Below are positions 28,557 through 37,326 of a stretch of DNA of 64,000 bases, in pieces. A program made the position numbers and the translations under genes. Source of the stretch: Candidatus Segatella mututuai (GTDB lineage: Bacteria > Bacteroidota > Bacteroidia > Bacteroidales > Bacteroidaceae); the NCBI GenBank assembly GCA_002439605.1, contig DJOI01000074.1, positions 14,109 through 78,108 of the forward strand, written 5' to 3'. The notes below the pieces were generated by a model. The model had not been told where the DNA came from. It saw only the letters and a program-made list of their open reading frames with translations, and ran no database searches. Each line of letters starts with the position of its first letter. Position 1 is the first letter of the stretch.

Positions 28557-28670
28557 ACCCTACCATTTATTAGTTATTCTTTTTGCAAAAATAAGAAAAA
28601 AAACGAGAACAAAGGATATGATAAGGGATTATTTTGATTTTTTACGTAAAAACGCATCATCATATAAAAA

Positions 28671-28709
28671 AGAGACAAAAGCTACCAACTGATGATAACT
28701 TTTGCCTCT
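28671..28709 (-). terminator. Rho-independent terminator of trpS
   Basis: Minus strand AGAGGCAAAAGTTATCA-loop-TGGTAGCTTTTGTCTCT pairs fully with G-U pairs, then a T run. Confidence 0.75.
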
Positions 28710-28740
28710 TCATTTATAGTTCAATCTTTCTATCTCATTA

Positions 28741-29826
28741 TCAAATCTTGAACTTCGCTGCCTGCTCCTCGATATAGGCTGCATCAGCAAAGTAGTCGAT
28801 GCGCATAGCCTTGCGAACCTCATCCATAGTCTGGGCTGCAAACTCACGAGCACTCTCGCTACCCTTCTTCAAGATATTGAATACCTCTGGAATGTCCTGC
28901 TCAAACTCATGACGACGTGCACGGATAGGGTCGAGCATCTTATTGATGACGCTGTTCAAGAACTTCTTGGTCATACCATCACCGATGCCACCCTTCACAT
29001 ACTGCTCCTTCAACTCGTCCAAGTTCTTGAACTCAGGCCAGAACTCAGCGAAATCCTCAGGAGTAGAGAACGCCTCCATATAAGTGAACACAGCGTTGCC
29101 CTCCAAGTGTCCAGGCTCCTCCATGCTCATGCGTGGCTCACCGTTAGACATCTTCTTCACCTTCTTCCAAACGGTTTTCTCGTCATCGCTCAGATAGATG
29201 CAGTTGCCAAGACTCTTGCTCATCTTCTCCTTGCCATCCGTACCAGGGAGTCGACGGCAAACAGCATTCTCTGGAAGCAGAATCTCTGGTTCCACCAAGA
29301 CTGGAGCATAAATCTGGTTGAAACGACGAACCAACTCACGGGTTACCTCCAACATGGGCTCCTGATCCTCGCCAGCTGGCACGGTAGTAGCCTTGAAAGC
29401 GGTGATGTCGGCAGCCTGGCTCACAGGATAGCAGAAGAAACCAAGCGGAATGTTGGCCTCGAAATTGCGCATCTTGATCTCCGTCTTCACGGTTGGGTTG
29501 CGCTGAACACGAGATACAGTGATAAGGTTCATCAAATAAACAGTCAACTCAGCCAACTCTGGAATCATACTCTGGATATAGAGCGTACATTTCTGAGGGT
29601 TCAAGCCGGCAGAGAGATAGTCGAGAGCCACCTCGATAATGTTTTGACGAATCTTTTCTGGATTGTCGGCGTTATCTGTCAAAGCCTGTACATCGGCCAT
29701 AAACACGAACATCTTGTCGTAGTCGCCAGCGTTCTGTAATTCGACACGACGCTGAAGAGAACCAATATAATGCCCCAAATGGAGCTTGCCTGTAGGACGG
29801 TCACCCGTCAGTATGATCTTTCCCAT
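28741..29826 (-). CDS. trpS: Tryptophan--tRNA ligase
   Basis: TGDRPTGKLHLGHY (HIGH), VPAGEDQ, KMSKS. ATG at 29826. Confidence 0.97.
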   Translation of the reverse strand: MGKIILTGDRPTGKLHLGHYIGSLQRRVELQNAGDYDKMFVFMADVQALTDNADNPEKIRQNIIEVALDYLSAGLNPQKCTLYIQSMIPELAELTVYLMNLITVSRVQRNPTVKTEIKMRNFEANIPLGFFCYPVSQAADITAFKATTVPAGEDQEPMLEVTRELVRRFNQIYAPVLVEPEILLPENAVCRRLPGTDGKEKMSKSLGNCIYLSDDEKTVWKKVKKMSNGEPRMSMEEPGHLEGNAVFTYMEAFSTPEDFAEFWPEFKNLDELKEQYVKGGIGDGMTKKFLNSVINKMLDPIRARRHEFEQDIPEVFNILKKGSESAREFAAQTMDEVRKAMRIDYFADAAYIEEQAAKFKI

Positions 29827-30116
29827 TTTATTACTTTTTGTTACTTCTGTTTGCAAAGATACAGCTATTTGTTCAAAAAACAAAATGTAACGGCAATTAA
29901 TTACGCCCCAAAAATAATAGCCTTCGATGCCAGATCAAACCTATCGCGTTTTTGGAAGAATTATTGGCCACCTGAACTTTCTTACACCTTCAAGCTCCTG
30001 AATGTAAAAAAGCACTTACATAAGAGAAGGATGGAGAATGTGAAGGAGCCAGAAAGGGTATCAAAAGACGACAAAAGCGACTTTTTACAGAAAAAGCGAA
30101 AAAAGTTTCCTAAAAA

Positions 30117-30148
30117 TTTGGAGGAAACAAAAAATATTCTTACCTTTG
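30117..30148 (+). promoter_or_regulatory. Bacteroidota sigmaA promoter of tRNA-Val
   Basis: TTTG-N20-TACCTTTG. Confidence 0.8.
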
Positions 30149-30167
30149 CAACCGCTTACAAAAACAA

Positions 30168-30242
30168 GGGCGTTTAGCTCAGCTGGTTTAGAGCATCTGC
30201 CTTACAAGCAGAGGGTCGGCGGTTCGAATCCGTCAACGCCCA
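30168..30242 (+). tRNA. tRNA-Val(TAC)
   Basis: Cloverleaf GGGCGTT...AACGCCCA; anticodon arm CTGC-CTTACAA-GCAG; T loop GGTTCGAATCC. Confidence 0.98.
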
Positions 30243-30254
30243 CAGATATAAAGA

Positions 30255-30290
30255 GTCTTGCAACAAAAAGTTGTGAGACTTTTTCTTTTT
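30255..30290 (+). terminator. Terminator after tRNA-Val
   Basis: AGTCTTGCAAC-AAAAA-GTTGTGAGACT followed by T runs. Confidence 0.7.
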
Positions 30291-30370
30291 AAGCTAATTT
30301 ATCATTATTTGTTCGGCTTTCTCTTCGTTTTTTTTTACCTTTGCACCCTATAATATAATACGTATTAGTT

Positions 30371-31717
30371 ATGAATTTGGATTTATTGACAGCTATTTCC
30401 CCGATTGATGGACGTTATAGGGGAAAAACTGAGCCGCTCGCAGACTATTTTTCCGAGTATGCGCTCATACGATATCGCATCCGTGTAGAGATAGAGTATT
30501 TTATCACTTTGTGTGAGTTGCCTTTGCCACAGCTCGCTTCTTTCGATTCTGTTTTGTTTACTCGTTTGCGTGAGATATATCAGAATTTTGATGAAAACGA
30601 TGCACAGCGTGTCAAGGATATCGAGAAGGTTACCAACCATGATGTCAAGGCTGTGGAGTATTTTATCAAGGAAGAGTTTGACAAGATTGGCGGATTAGAC
30701 GCCTACAAGGAGTTCATTCACTTTGGCTTGACCTCACAGGACATCAACAATACCAGCGTGCCTCTTTCCTTGAAAGAAGCCCTGCGGGATGTATTCTATC
30801 CACAGGTAGAGGAACTGATAGCGCAATTACAGACCTATGCCGACGAGTGGAAGGATGTTCCCATGCTTGCCAAGACACATGGACAGCCAGCGTCCCCTAC
30901 CCGTTTGGGCAAGGAGATCATGGTTTATGTATATCGCCTTACCGAGCAGCTCAACAGCTTGAAAGCCTGTAAGATGACCGCCAAGTTTGGTGGAGCAACA
31001 GGCAATTACAATGCCCACCATGTGGCTTACCCCCAGTACGACTGGCGTGTTTTCGGCGATAAGTTTGTCAGCGAAAAGTTGGGTCTGGAGCGCGAACAGT
31101 ACACCACGCAAATTAGCAATTACGACTATTTAGGAGCCATCTTTGATGCGGTTCGTCGCATTAATACCATTATCATCGACCTTGACCGCGACTTTTGGAT
31201 GTACATCTCGATGGATTATTTCAAGCAGAGAATCAAGGCAGGCGAGGTTGGCTCAAGCGCCATGCCTCACAAGGTGAACCCTATAGACTACGAGAACAGC
31301 GAGGGTAACCTTGGCATTGCCAATGCCATACTGCAGTTCCTGGCACAGAAACTTCCGGTAAGTCGGCTACAGCGCGACCTCACAGACAGTACAGTGTTGC
31401 GCAACATTGGTGTGCCATTCGGTCATAGCGTTATTGCTATCCAAAGCACCTTGAAAGGACTGCGCAAACTTATTCTTCATGAGGAGAAGCTGCGGGAAGA
31501 CCTCGACAATACTTGGGCGGTAGTGGCAGAAGCCATTCAGACAATTCTGCGTCGCGAGGCTTACCCTCATCCTTATGAGGCTTTGAAGGCTTTAACCCGT
31601 ACCAACAAACATATGACTGAAGAAACCATTCACGAGTTTATCAAGGGCTTGAATGTGAGCGACAGTGTGAAGGCAGAACTGATGGCGATAAGTCCCAGCA
31701 ACTATACCGGAATTTAA
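30371..31717 (+). CDS. purB: Adenylosuccinate lyase
   Basis: SPIDGRY, TNHDVKAVEY, HFGLTSQD, KTHGQPA, GSSAMPHKVNP, SRLQRDLTDS. Confidence 0.97.
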   Translation: MNLDLLTAISPIDGRYRGKTEPLADYFSEYALIRYRIRVEIEYFITLCELPLPQLASFDSVLFTRLREIYQNFDENDAQRVKDIEKVTNHDVKAVEYFIKEEFDKIGGLDAYKEFIHFGLTSQDINNTSVPLSLKEALRDVFYPQVEELIAQLQTYADEWKDVPMLAKTHGQPASPTRLGKEIMVYVYRLTEQLNSLKACKMTAKFGGATGNYNAHHVAYPQYDWRVFGDKFVSEKLGLEREQYTTQISNYDYLGAIFDAVRRINTIIIDLDRDFWMYISMDYFKQRIKAGEVGSSAMPHKVNPIDYENSEGNLGIANAILQFLAQKLPVSRLQRDLTDSTVLRNIGVPFGHSVIAIQSTLKGLRKLILHEEKLREDLDNTWAVVAEAIQTILRREAYPHPYEALKALTRTNKHMTEETIHEFIKGLNVSDSVKAELMAISPSNYTGI

Positions 31718-31843
31718 CAGAAAGTACTTCTTGTTCTCAACCACAACCTATCGAAGTGCTTATTGTGTACCATATATAACAACAAAAAGAATTATTTAAA
31801 TTATTATTAACCCAGCCGTGAGGCTTTTAAGAAAAAAAGGAAA

Positions 31844-33259
31844 ATGGATTCAGAATTAGACAACAAACCTCAGAACGAATCGTCTGAGAACGAAGGCACC
31901 CGTGAGGGCTATACCCCAGCAGGCGGTTATCAGAAAAATTATCACAGTAATGGACGTCCACAGCGTCCTCGTATCAACTCGCAACGTGCTTATAGCAGCG
32001 AACGTGGCAATGAAGGTGGATTCCGTCCAGAAGGTTTCGGAATGTCTCTCCAGCAGCAGAACTCTGGCGAACATCTCCAAGGCGGTTATCAGCAACGTGG
32101 CGGTTACCAGCAGCGTCAGCAGGGTGGTTACGGTCGTCCACAGGGTGGTGGCTACAACAACCGCGGCGGCTATCAAAGTCGTCCACAGGGTGGCTATCGT
32201 CCTCGTTTCAACAGTAATGACGAAGAGGGTGGCTATCAGCCTCGCCAGCAAGGAGGTTACAATCGTCCACAGGGTGGTGGCTACAACAACCGCGGCGGCT
32301 ATCAGCCTCGTCAACAGGGAGGTTATGGCCGTCCACAGGGTGGTGGTTACAACAATCGTAGTGGTTATGGCCGTCCACAGGGTGGTGGCTACAACAATCG
32401 TGGCGGTTATGGCCGTCCACAGGGTGGTTACAACAACAATCGTGGCGGCTTCGGCCGTCCTCACACCCCAGGCTATGACCCCAACGCAAAATATAATCTC
32501 AAGAAACGTATCGAATATAAGGAAGAGAACATCGATCCAAATGAGCCTTTGCGCTTGAATAAGTTTCTTGCCAATGCAGGCATCTGCTCACGCCGCGAGG
32601 CAGATGAATTTATCCAGGCAGGTGTCGTTACCGTCAATGGTAAGGTCGTTACCGAGCTGGGCACTAAGGTGCTGCGCTCCGACGAAGTGAAGTTCCACGA
32701 TGCTCCCGTCACGCTAGAAAAGAAGGTTTATGTACTTCTCAACAAGCCTAAGGACTACGTGACGACAAGCGACGATCCCCAGCAGCGCAAGACTGTCATG
32801 GATCTTGTGAAGGATGTATGCCCAGAACGTATCTATCCTGTTGGTCGTCTTGACCGTAACACAACCGGCGTGCTTCTTTTGACCAACGATGGCGACTTGG
32901 CCAGCAAGCTCACCCATCCTAAGTTCTTGAAGAAGAAGGTTTATCACGTACATCTCGACCGCAACGTGACTGCTCACGATTTGCAGCAGATTCGTGACGG
33001 AATCACTCTTGAGGATGGAGAAATCAAAGCAGATGCCGTAGAATATGCCGATGACAACGACAAGGCACAGGTAGGCATCGAGATACATAGCGGCAAGAAC
33101 CGTATCGTTCGTCGTATCTTCGAAAGCCTTGGTTATCGTGTAACTAAGCTCGACCGCGTGCAGTTTGCCGGCTTGACAAAGAAAAACCTCCGTCGTGGCG
33201 ACTGGCGCTTCCTCACCGAGAAAGAAGTAGAGATGCTTCGCATGGGCGCCTTCGAATAA
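31844..33259 (+). CDS. rRNA pseudouridine synthase (RsuA/RluB family) with long G/Y/Q/R/N-rich N-terminal extension
   Basis: S4 domain RLNKFLANAGICSRREAD, LNKPK, catalytic GRLD, GKNRIVRR. Confidence 0.93.
   Translation: MDSELDNKPQNESSENEGTREGYTPAGGYQKNYHSNGRPQRPRINSQRAYSSERGNEGGFRPEGFGMSLQQQNSGEHLQGGYQQRGGYQQRQQGGYGRPQGGGYNNRGGYQSRPQGGYRPRFNSNDEEGGYQPRQQGGYNRPQGGGYNNRGGYQPRQQGGYGRPQGGGYNNRSGYGRPQGGGYNNRGGYGRPQGGYNNNRGGFGRPHTPGYDPNAKYNLKKRIEYKEENIDPNEPLRLNKFLANAGICSRREADEFIQAGVVTVNGKVVTELGTKVLRSDEVKFHDAPVTLEKKVYVLLNKPKDYVTTSDDPQQRKTVMDLVKDVCPERIYPVGRLDRNTTGVLLLTNDGDLASKLTHPKFLKKKVYHVHLDRNVTAHDLQQIRDGITLEDGEIKADAVEYADDNDKAQVGIEIHSGKNRIVRRIFESLGYRVTKLDRVQFAGLTKKNLRRGDWRFLTEKEVEMLRMGAFE
32080..32460 (+). 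repeat. In-frame coding repeats (RPQGGGYNNRGGYG-like)
   Basis: CGTCCACAGGGTGG at 32135, 32180, 32264, 32330, 32372 and 32414; 42-bp period from 32330 to 32456. Confidence 0.9.
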
Positions 33260-33272
33260 AAAACAATGAACA

Positions 33273-34700
33273 ATGGAAAAACTGAAAAGAACTAAAGTCG
33301 TAGATTTGCTCAAGAGCACAGCCTACGGCTCAATCGTGAATGTAAAGGGATGGGTTCGCACCCATCGTAGTAGCAAAGCAGTCGATTTTATCGCTCTTAA
33401 CGATGGTTCTACCATTCATAATATCCAGATTGTAGTCGACCCATCCAAGATCGATGAGAATCTCCTTGCCCAGGTCACCACGGGTGCTTGCATCAGTGCC
33501 ACTGGTACTTTGGTGAAGAGTCTGGGCAAAGGGCAGAGCGTGGAAATCCAGTGCGACAGCATCGAAATCTATGGTCTTTGTGGAAGCGACTACCCCATGC
33601 AGAAGAAGGGGCAGAGCTTCGAGTACATGCGTAAGTATGCTCATCTCCGCCTCCGCACCAATACTTTTGGTGCCGTAATGCGCATTCGCCACAACATGGC
33701 GATGGCTATCCATACCTATTTCCACGAACATGGCTACTTCTACTTCAATACTCCTCTCATCACTGCGAGCGACTGTGAGGGGGCAGGCCAGATGTTTCAG
33801 GTAACCACCAAGAACCTCTACAACCTGAAGAAGACAGCGGATGGAAAGATCGACTATTCTGACGATTTCTTCGGCAAGCAGACTTCCTTGACCGTGTCTG
33901 GACAGCTGGAGGGTGAATTGGGAGCCACTGCGCTGGGAGCCATCTATACCTTCGGCCCAACCTTCCGTGCCGAGAACAGCAACACCCCACGCCACTTGGC
34001 TGAGTTCTGGATGGTAGAGCCTGAGGTGGCTTTCTTGGACATGGACGGTTTGATGGAACTGGAGGAAGACTTCATCAAGTACTGCATCCGTTGGGCTCTC
34101 GACAACTGCAAGGACGACCTTGAGTTCTTGAACAAGATGATCGACAAGGGGCTTATCGCTCGCCTGCAGAGTGTGCTCGACTCCGAGTTTGTCCACCTTC
34201 CATATACCGAGGGCATCCGCATCTTGCAGGAGGCCATCGCCAATGGCAAGAAGTTCGAGTTCCCATGCGAGTGGGGTGACGACTTGGCATCTGAGCACGA
34301 GCGTTTCTTGGTAGAGGAGCACTTCAAGAAGCCTGTCATCATGACCAACTATCCCAAGGCCATCAAGGCTTTCTATATGAAGATAGACGAGAAGGAGAGT
34401 GGTTTCGGCGGCAAGAGCGGAAAGACCGTCCAGGGTACCGACGTCTTGTTCCCACAGATTGGCGAGATTATCGGTGGTTCTGTCCGTGAGGAGAGCTACG
34501 ACAAGCTGATGAATGAGATAGAGGAACGTCACATACCTATGAAGGATATGACTTGGTATCTCGACACCCGCAAGTATGGTTCATGTCCACATGCCGGCTT
34601 CGGTCTCGGGTTCGAGCGTTTGATTCTCTTCGTTACCGGTATGCAGAATATCCGCGACGTGATTCCATTCCCACGTACACCTAAGAACGCAGAGTTCTAG
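33273..34700 (+). CDS. asnS: Asparagine--tRNA ligase
   Basis: [51 protein letters not shown]. Confidence 0.97.
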   Translation: MEKLKRTKVVDLLKSTAYGSIVNVKGWVRTHRSSKAVDFIALNDGSTIHNIQIVVDPSKIDENLLAQVTTGACISATGTLVKSLGKGQSVEIQCDSIEIYGLCGSDYPMQKKGQSFEYMRKYAHLRLRTNTFGAVMRIRHNMAMAIHTYFHEHGYFYFNTPLITASDCEGAGQMFQVTTKNLYNLKKTADGKIDYSDDFFGKQTSLTVSGQLEGELGATALGAIYTFGPTFRAENSNTPRHLAEFWMVEPEVAFLDMDGLMELEEDFIKYCIRWALDNCKDDLEFLNKMIDKGLIARLQSVLDSEFVHLPYTEGIRILQEAIANGKKFEFPCEWGDDLASEHERFLVEEHFKKPVIMTNYPKAIKAFYMKIDEKESGFGGKSGKTVQGTDVLFPQIGEIIGGSVREESYDKLMNEIEERHIPMKDMTWYLDTRKYGSCPHAGFGLGFERLILFVTGMQNIRDVIPFPRTPKNAEF

Positions 34701-34723
34701 TCGTTGGATGTAGCAAACATCAT

Positions 34724-34799
34724 AAAATAGTAAAAGCGAGGCATCTACCTACTAAGGATGCCTCGCTTTTTGTTTCGCAATGTATTTGGAGTTTTCGCA
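34724..34799 (+). repeat. Direct repeat copy 1, containing the asnS terminator
   Basis: Hairpin AAAAGCGAGGCATC-TACCTACTAAG-GATGCCTCGCTTTT; 45 bp (34730-34774) identical to 36478-36522. Confidence 0.95.
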
Positions 34800-34875
34800 T
34801 TTTTCTTGGTATTAATTTCCTTATTTGACAAATAATTTGTAATTTAGCGGAGTGAAACGAAAAGCGAGTTGGATT

Positions 34876-36456
34876 ATGGAAGAAATCGTGAACAAATATC
34901 CTGTAGGAATACAGACCTTCTCGAATATTCGAGAAGGGAATTATCTCTATGTAGATAAGACCAAATATATTGTGGATTTCCGCAGGAAGGGAATGAAATA
35001 TATCTTTCTGAGCCGTCCGAGACGATTCGGCAAGTCGCTCTTTGCCTCCACGCTTCAGGCTTATTTTGAGGGAAGACAGGATTTGTTTGAGGGACTCGCC
35101 ATTGCAGAATATGAGCAAGAATGGGTGAAGCATCCTGTGCTTCATTTTGACATGAGTGGTGCCAAGCACATGGGGGGTGAGCAGTTGAAGCGCTACCTCC
35201 ATTTGCAGTTGTGTCCTTACGAAAAACTATATGGCAGAAATGAAGACGAGGTAGATCCTAATGAACGCCTAAATGGTATTGTGAAGCGTGCATACGAACT
35301 TACAAGTGAGAAGGTAGCAGTCATCATCGACGAGTATGATGCGCCTTTGCTCGATGTCGTGCATAAGAAGGATAATCTATCCCAGCTTCGTCTCATCATG
35401 CAAAATTTCTACAGTCCATTGAAAAAGTTATACCCATACTTGGAGTTTACTTTTATCACAGGCATCACGAAGTTCTCTCAACTCAGCATCTTTAGCGAAC
35501 TAAATAATCTCGACAACATCAGTATGTTCGACCAATACTCTGCCATCTGTGGAATCAGCAAGACTGAGTTAACGACTGTGATGAAACCAGATATCGAGGG
35601 GTTGGGCAGAGCATTGGGGCTTACTTATGAGGAATGCTTGGAAGAATTACGTAAATATTACGACGGTTATCATTTCAGTGAGTATTCCGAGGATGTCTTC
35701 AATCCTTTCAGTTTGGTAAGAGCCTTGAGTGGTCAGAAAATTGAGTCTTATTGGTTTGGTTCCGGCACTCCAAGTTATCTTATCAAGAGCCTACAGAAAT
35801 ATCATGTCAATGTGATGGACATAGAGAAGAAGAGCGTGGGGGTAGACGATTTCGACGTATCGCCAGAGCAGATGACTTCGGCCTTACCTTTGCTCTATCA
35901 GAGTGGTTATCTCACCATCAAGAAATACAATCCGATTCTGCAACGCTATTCCTTGGGTTATCCAAACATGGAGGTAAGAATTGGTATGCTGAAGAGCCTT
36001 GCGCCAAATTATCTGTCGCCAGTGTCGTTAGACAACAATGGATTGGTTGGCGATTTTTTGGAAAAACTCTACGGCGATGATTTGGAGGGGGCGTTGGAGC
36101 GTTTAAAATCATACCTATCTAACATCTCAAATAGGTTGTCTAATAAAAATGAACGAGATTTTCAGACAGTCTTCTACCTCATCTTTAATTTGATGGGGGC
36201 TTTCATCAAGGTGGAGGAAGATAGTGCCATTGGCAGGGCTGATGCCGTGCTTCATATGCCCACTGCTATATACGTGTTCGAGTTGAAATATGATGGCTCA
36301 GCCGAAGAAGCTATCAAGCAGATAGATGACAAGGGCTATCTCATACCTTATACCGCTGAGGATAAACGCTTATATAAAATTGGTGTCAATTACGATAGCA
36401 ATCAACGAACAATAAGTGACTGGATCATTAAAGAGGGAAATAAGTCGCATAAGTAA
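34876..36456 (+). CDS. AAA-ATPase-like protein with C-terminal PD-(D/E)XK nuclease domain
   Basis: [21 protein letters not shown] (Walker A), IIDEYD (Walker B), YDGYHF, GRAD...FELK...A..QI...GY. ATG at 34876. Confidence 0.9.
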   Translation: MEEIVNKYPVGIQTFSNIREGNYLYVDKTKYIVDFRRKGMKYIFLSRPRRFGKSLFASTLQAYFEGRQDLFEGLAIAEYEQEWVKHPVLHFDMSGAKHMGGEQLKRYLHLQLCPYEKLYGRNEDEVDPNERLNGIVKRAYELTSEKVAVIIDEYDAPLLDVVHKKDNLSQLRLIMQNFYSPLKKLYPYLEFTFITGITKFSQLSIFSELNNLDNISMFDQYSAICGISKTELTTVMKPDIEGLGRALGLTYEECLEELRKYYDGYHFSEYSEDVFNPFSLVRALSGQKIESYWFGSGTPSYLIKSLQKYHVNVMDIEKKSVGVDDFDVSPEQMTSALPLLYQSGYLTIKKYNPILQRYSLGYPNMEVRIGMLKSLAPNYLSPVSLDNNGLVGDFLEKLYGDDLEGALERLKSYLSNISNRLSNKNERDFQTVFYLIFNLMGAFIKVEEDSAIGRADAVLHMPTAIYVFELKYDGSAEEAIKQIDDKGYLIPYTAEDKRLYKIGVNYDSNQRTISDWIIKEGNKSHK

Positions 36457-36471
36457 TCTAACTCTTGCTAC

Positions 36472-36545
36472 AAAATGGTAAAAGCGAGGCATCTACCTAC
36501 TAAGGATGCCTCGCTTTTTGTTCGCATATATTTGGTATTTTCGCA
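36472..36545 (+). repeat. Direct repeat copy 2 (terminator of the AAA-ATPase gene)
   Basis: Near-identical to 34724-34799. Confidence 0.95.
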
Positions 36546-36633
36546 GCTTGTGTTGATATCGGAGTATTCCAACATCTAAGCCTATTGTCGGTGTAACTGT
36601 ATTATACATAAACTCGTAAAAATACGATATGCT

Positions 36634-36828
36634 TCAGGGGGATAGCAAGTCCTTGAACTTAGCCTCGCCTACAGTATACAGAGCCCATCTGCTTGTAAGT
36701 CCAAGAACCAGCGGTGCTTGAATTTGTACTCATTGCCGTCCCTGTCGGTATAATAAGTAGCTTGTGCCATTGCAAGAAGTGCCGAGGGCGAGCATGGTTG
36801 CCGCCATGATAAACTTATAATTTTTCAT
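36634..36828 (-). pseudogene. Frameshifted 5' fragment of a secreted outer-membrane (OmpA-family-like) gene
   Basis: Across two frameshifts it reads MKNYKFIMAATMLALGTS / AMAQATYYTDRDGNEYKFKHRWFLDLQA / LYTVGEAKFKDLLSP-stop: a signal peptide plus first beta strands. Confidence 0.6.
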
Positions 36829-36848
36829 GTTAGAGAAGTTTTAAATGA

Positions 36849-37217
36849 TTATTTTTTGTCTTCTATTGGAGCTGTAATAAGCTTCTTGTCCTTGTTGTCT
36901 TCAGGATTGATTGTTACTGTTTTCTTAGGAAGCACTGTCACCACAAAAGCGTGTGCAGTGTCATTTTTTCCATCAATATAGTCAACAATAACAGAATCAT
37001 TAGGAAGCATCACTCCATTGTTGTAACGCACCTCGTCGAGATTAAATACGATAGAATCTTCGCCATCCATGACGGTGAGGGTTTTTAGGGTATCATCATC
37101 AATACGAACCTTTTTCACGATGCCTCTAATCTTTTTCAGTTCAGGCTTTCCGCAACTACTGATACATAGAATCAGCAATAAGGTAATCCCTACCATATAA
37201 AGAAACGACTTTCTCAT
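36849..37217 (-). CDS. Hypothetical lipoprotein
   Basis: Lipobox ISSC, 122 aa, beta-rich. Confidence 0.75.
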   Translation of the reverse strand: MRKSFLYMVGITLLLILCISSCGKPELKKIRGIVKKVRIDDDTLKTLTVMDGEDSIVFNLDEVRYNNGVMLPNDSVIVDYIDGKNDTAHAFVVTVLPKKTVTINPEDNKDKKLITAPIEDKK

Positions 37218-37234
37218 CTTCTTTCCTTATTATT

Positions 37235-37274
37235 AAAAAATAAGAGGGGTACGTTCGGATGAACGTCCCCCTCT
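37235..37274 (-). terminator. Terminator of the large lipoprotein gene
   Basis: GAGGGG-T-ACGTTC-GGAT-GAACGT-CCCCCTC stem with a nearby A run (T run on the minus strand). Confidence 0.75.
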
Positions 37275-37326
37275 CAGTATTATAGTAATGTTCTAAAATC
37301 TTAACGATTCTTGTTGTCGCAATCAA

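Noticed and set aside
33330..34532. Long antisense ORFs (e.g. 33330-34532, 49504-50574, 28909-29739, 31856-32464)
   Set aside because: Shadow frames of well-supported, codon-biased genes; no motifs of their own.
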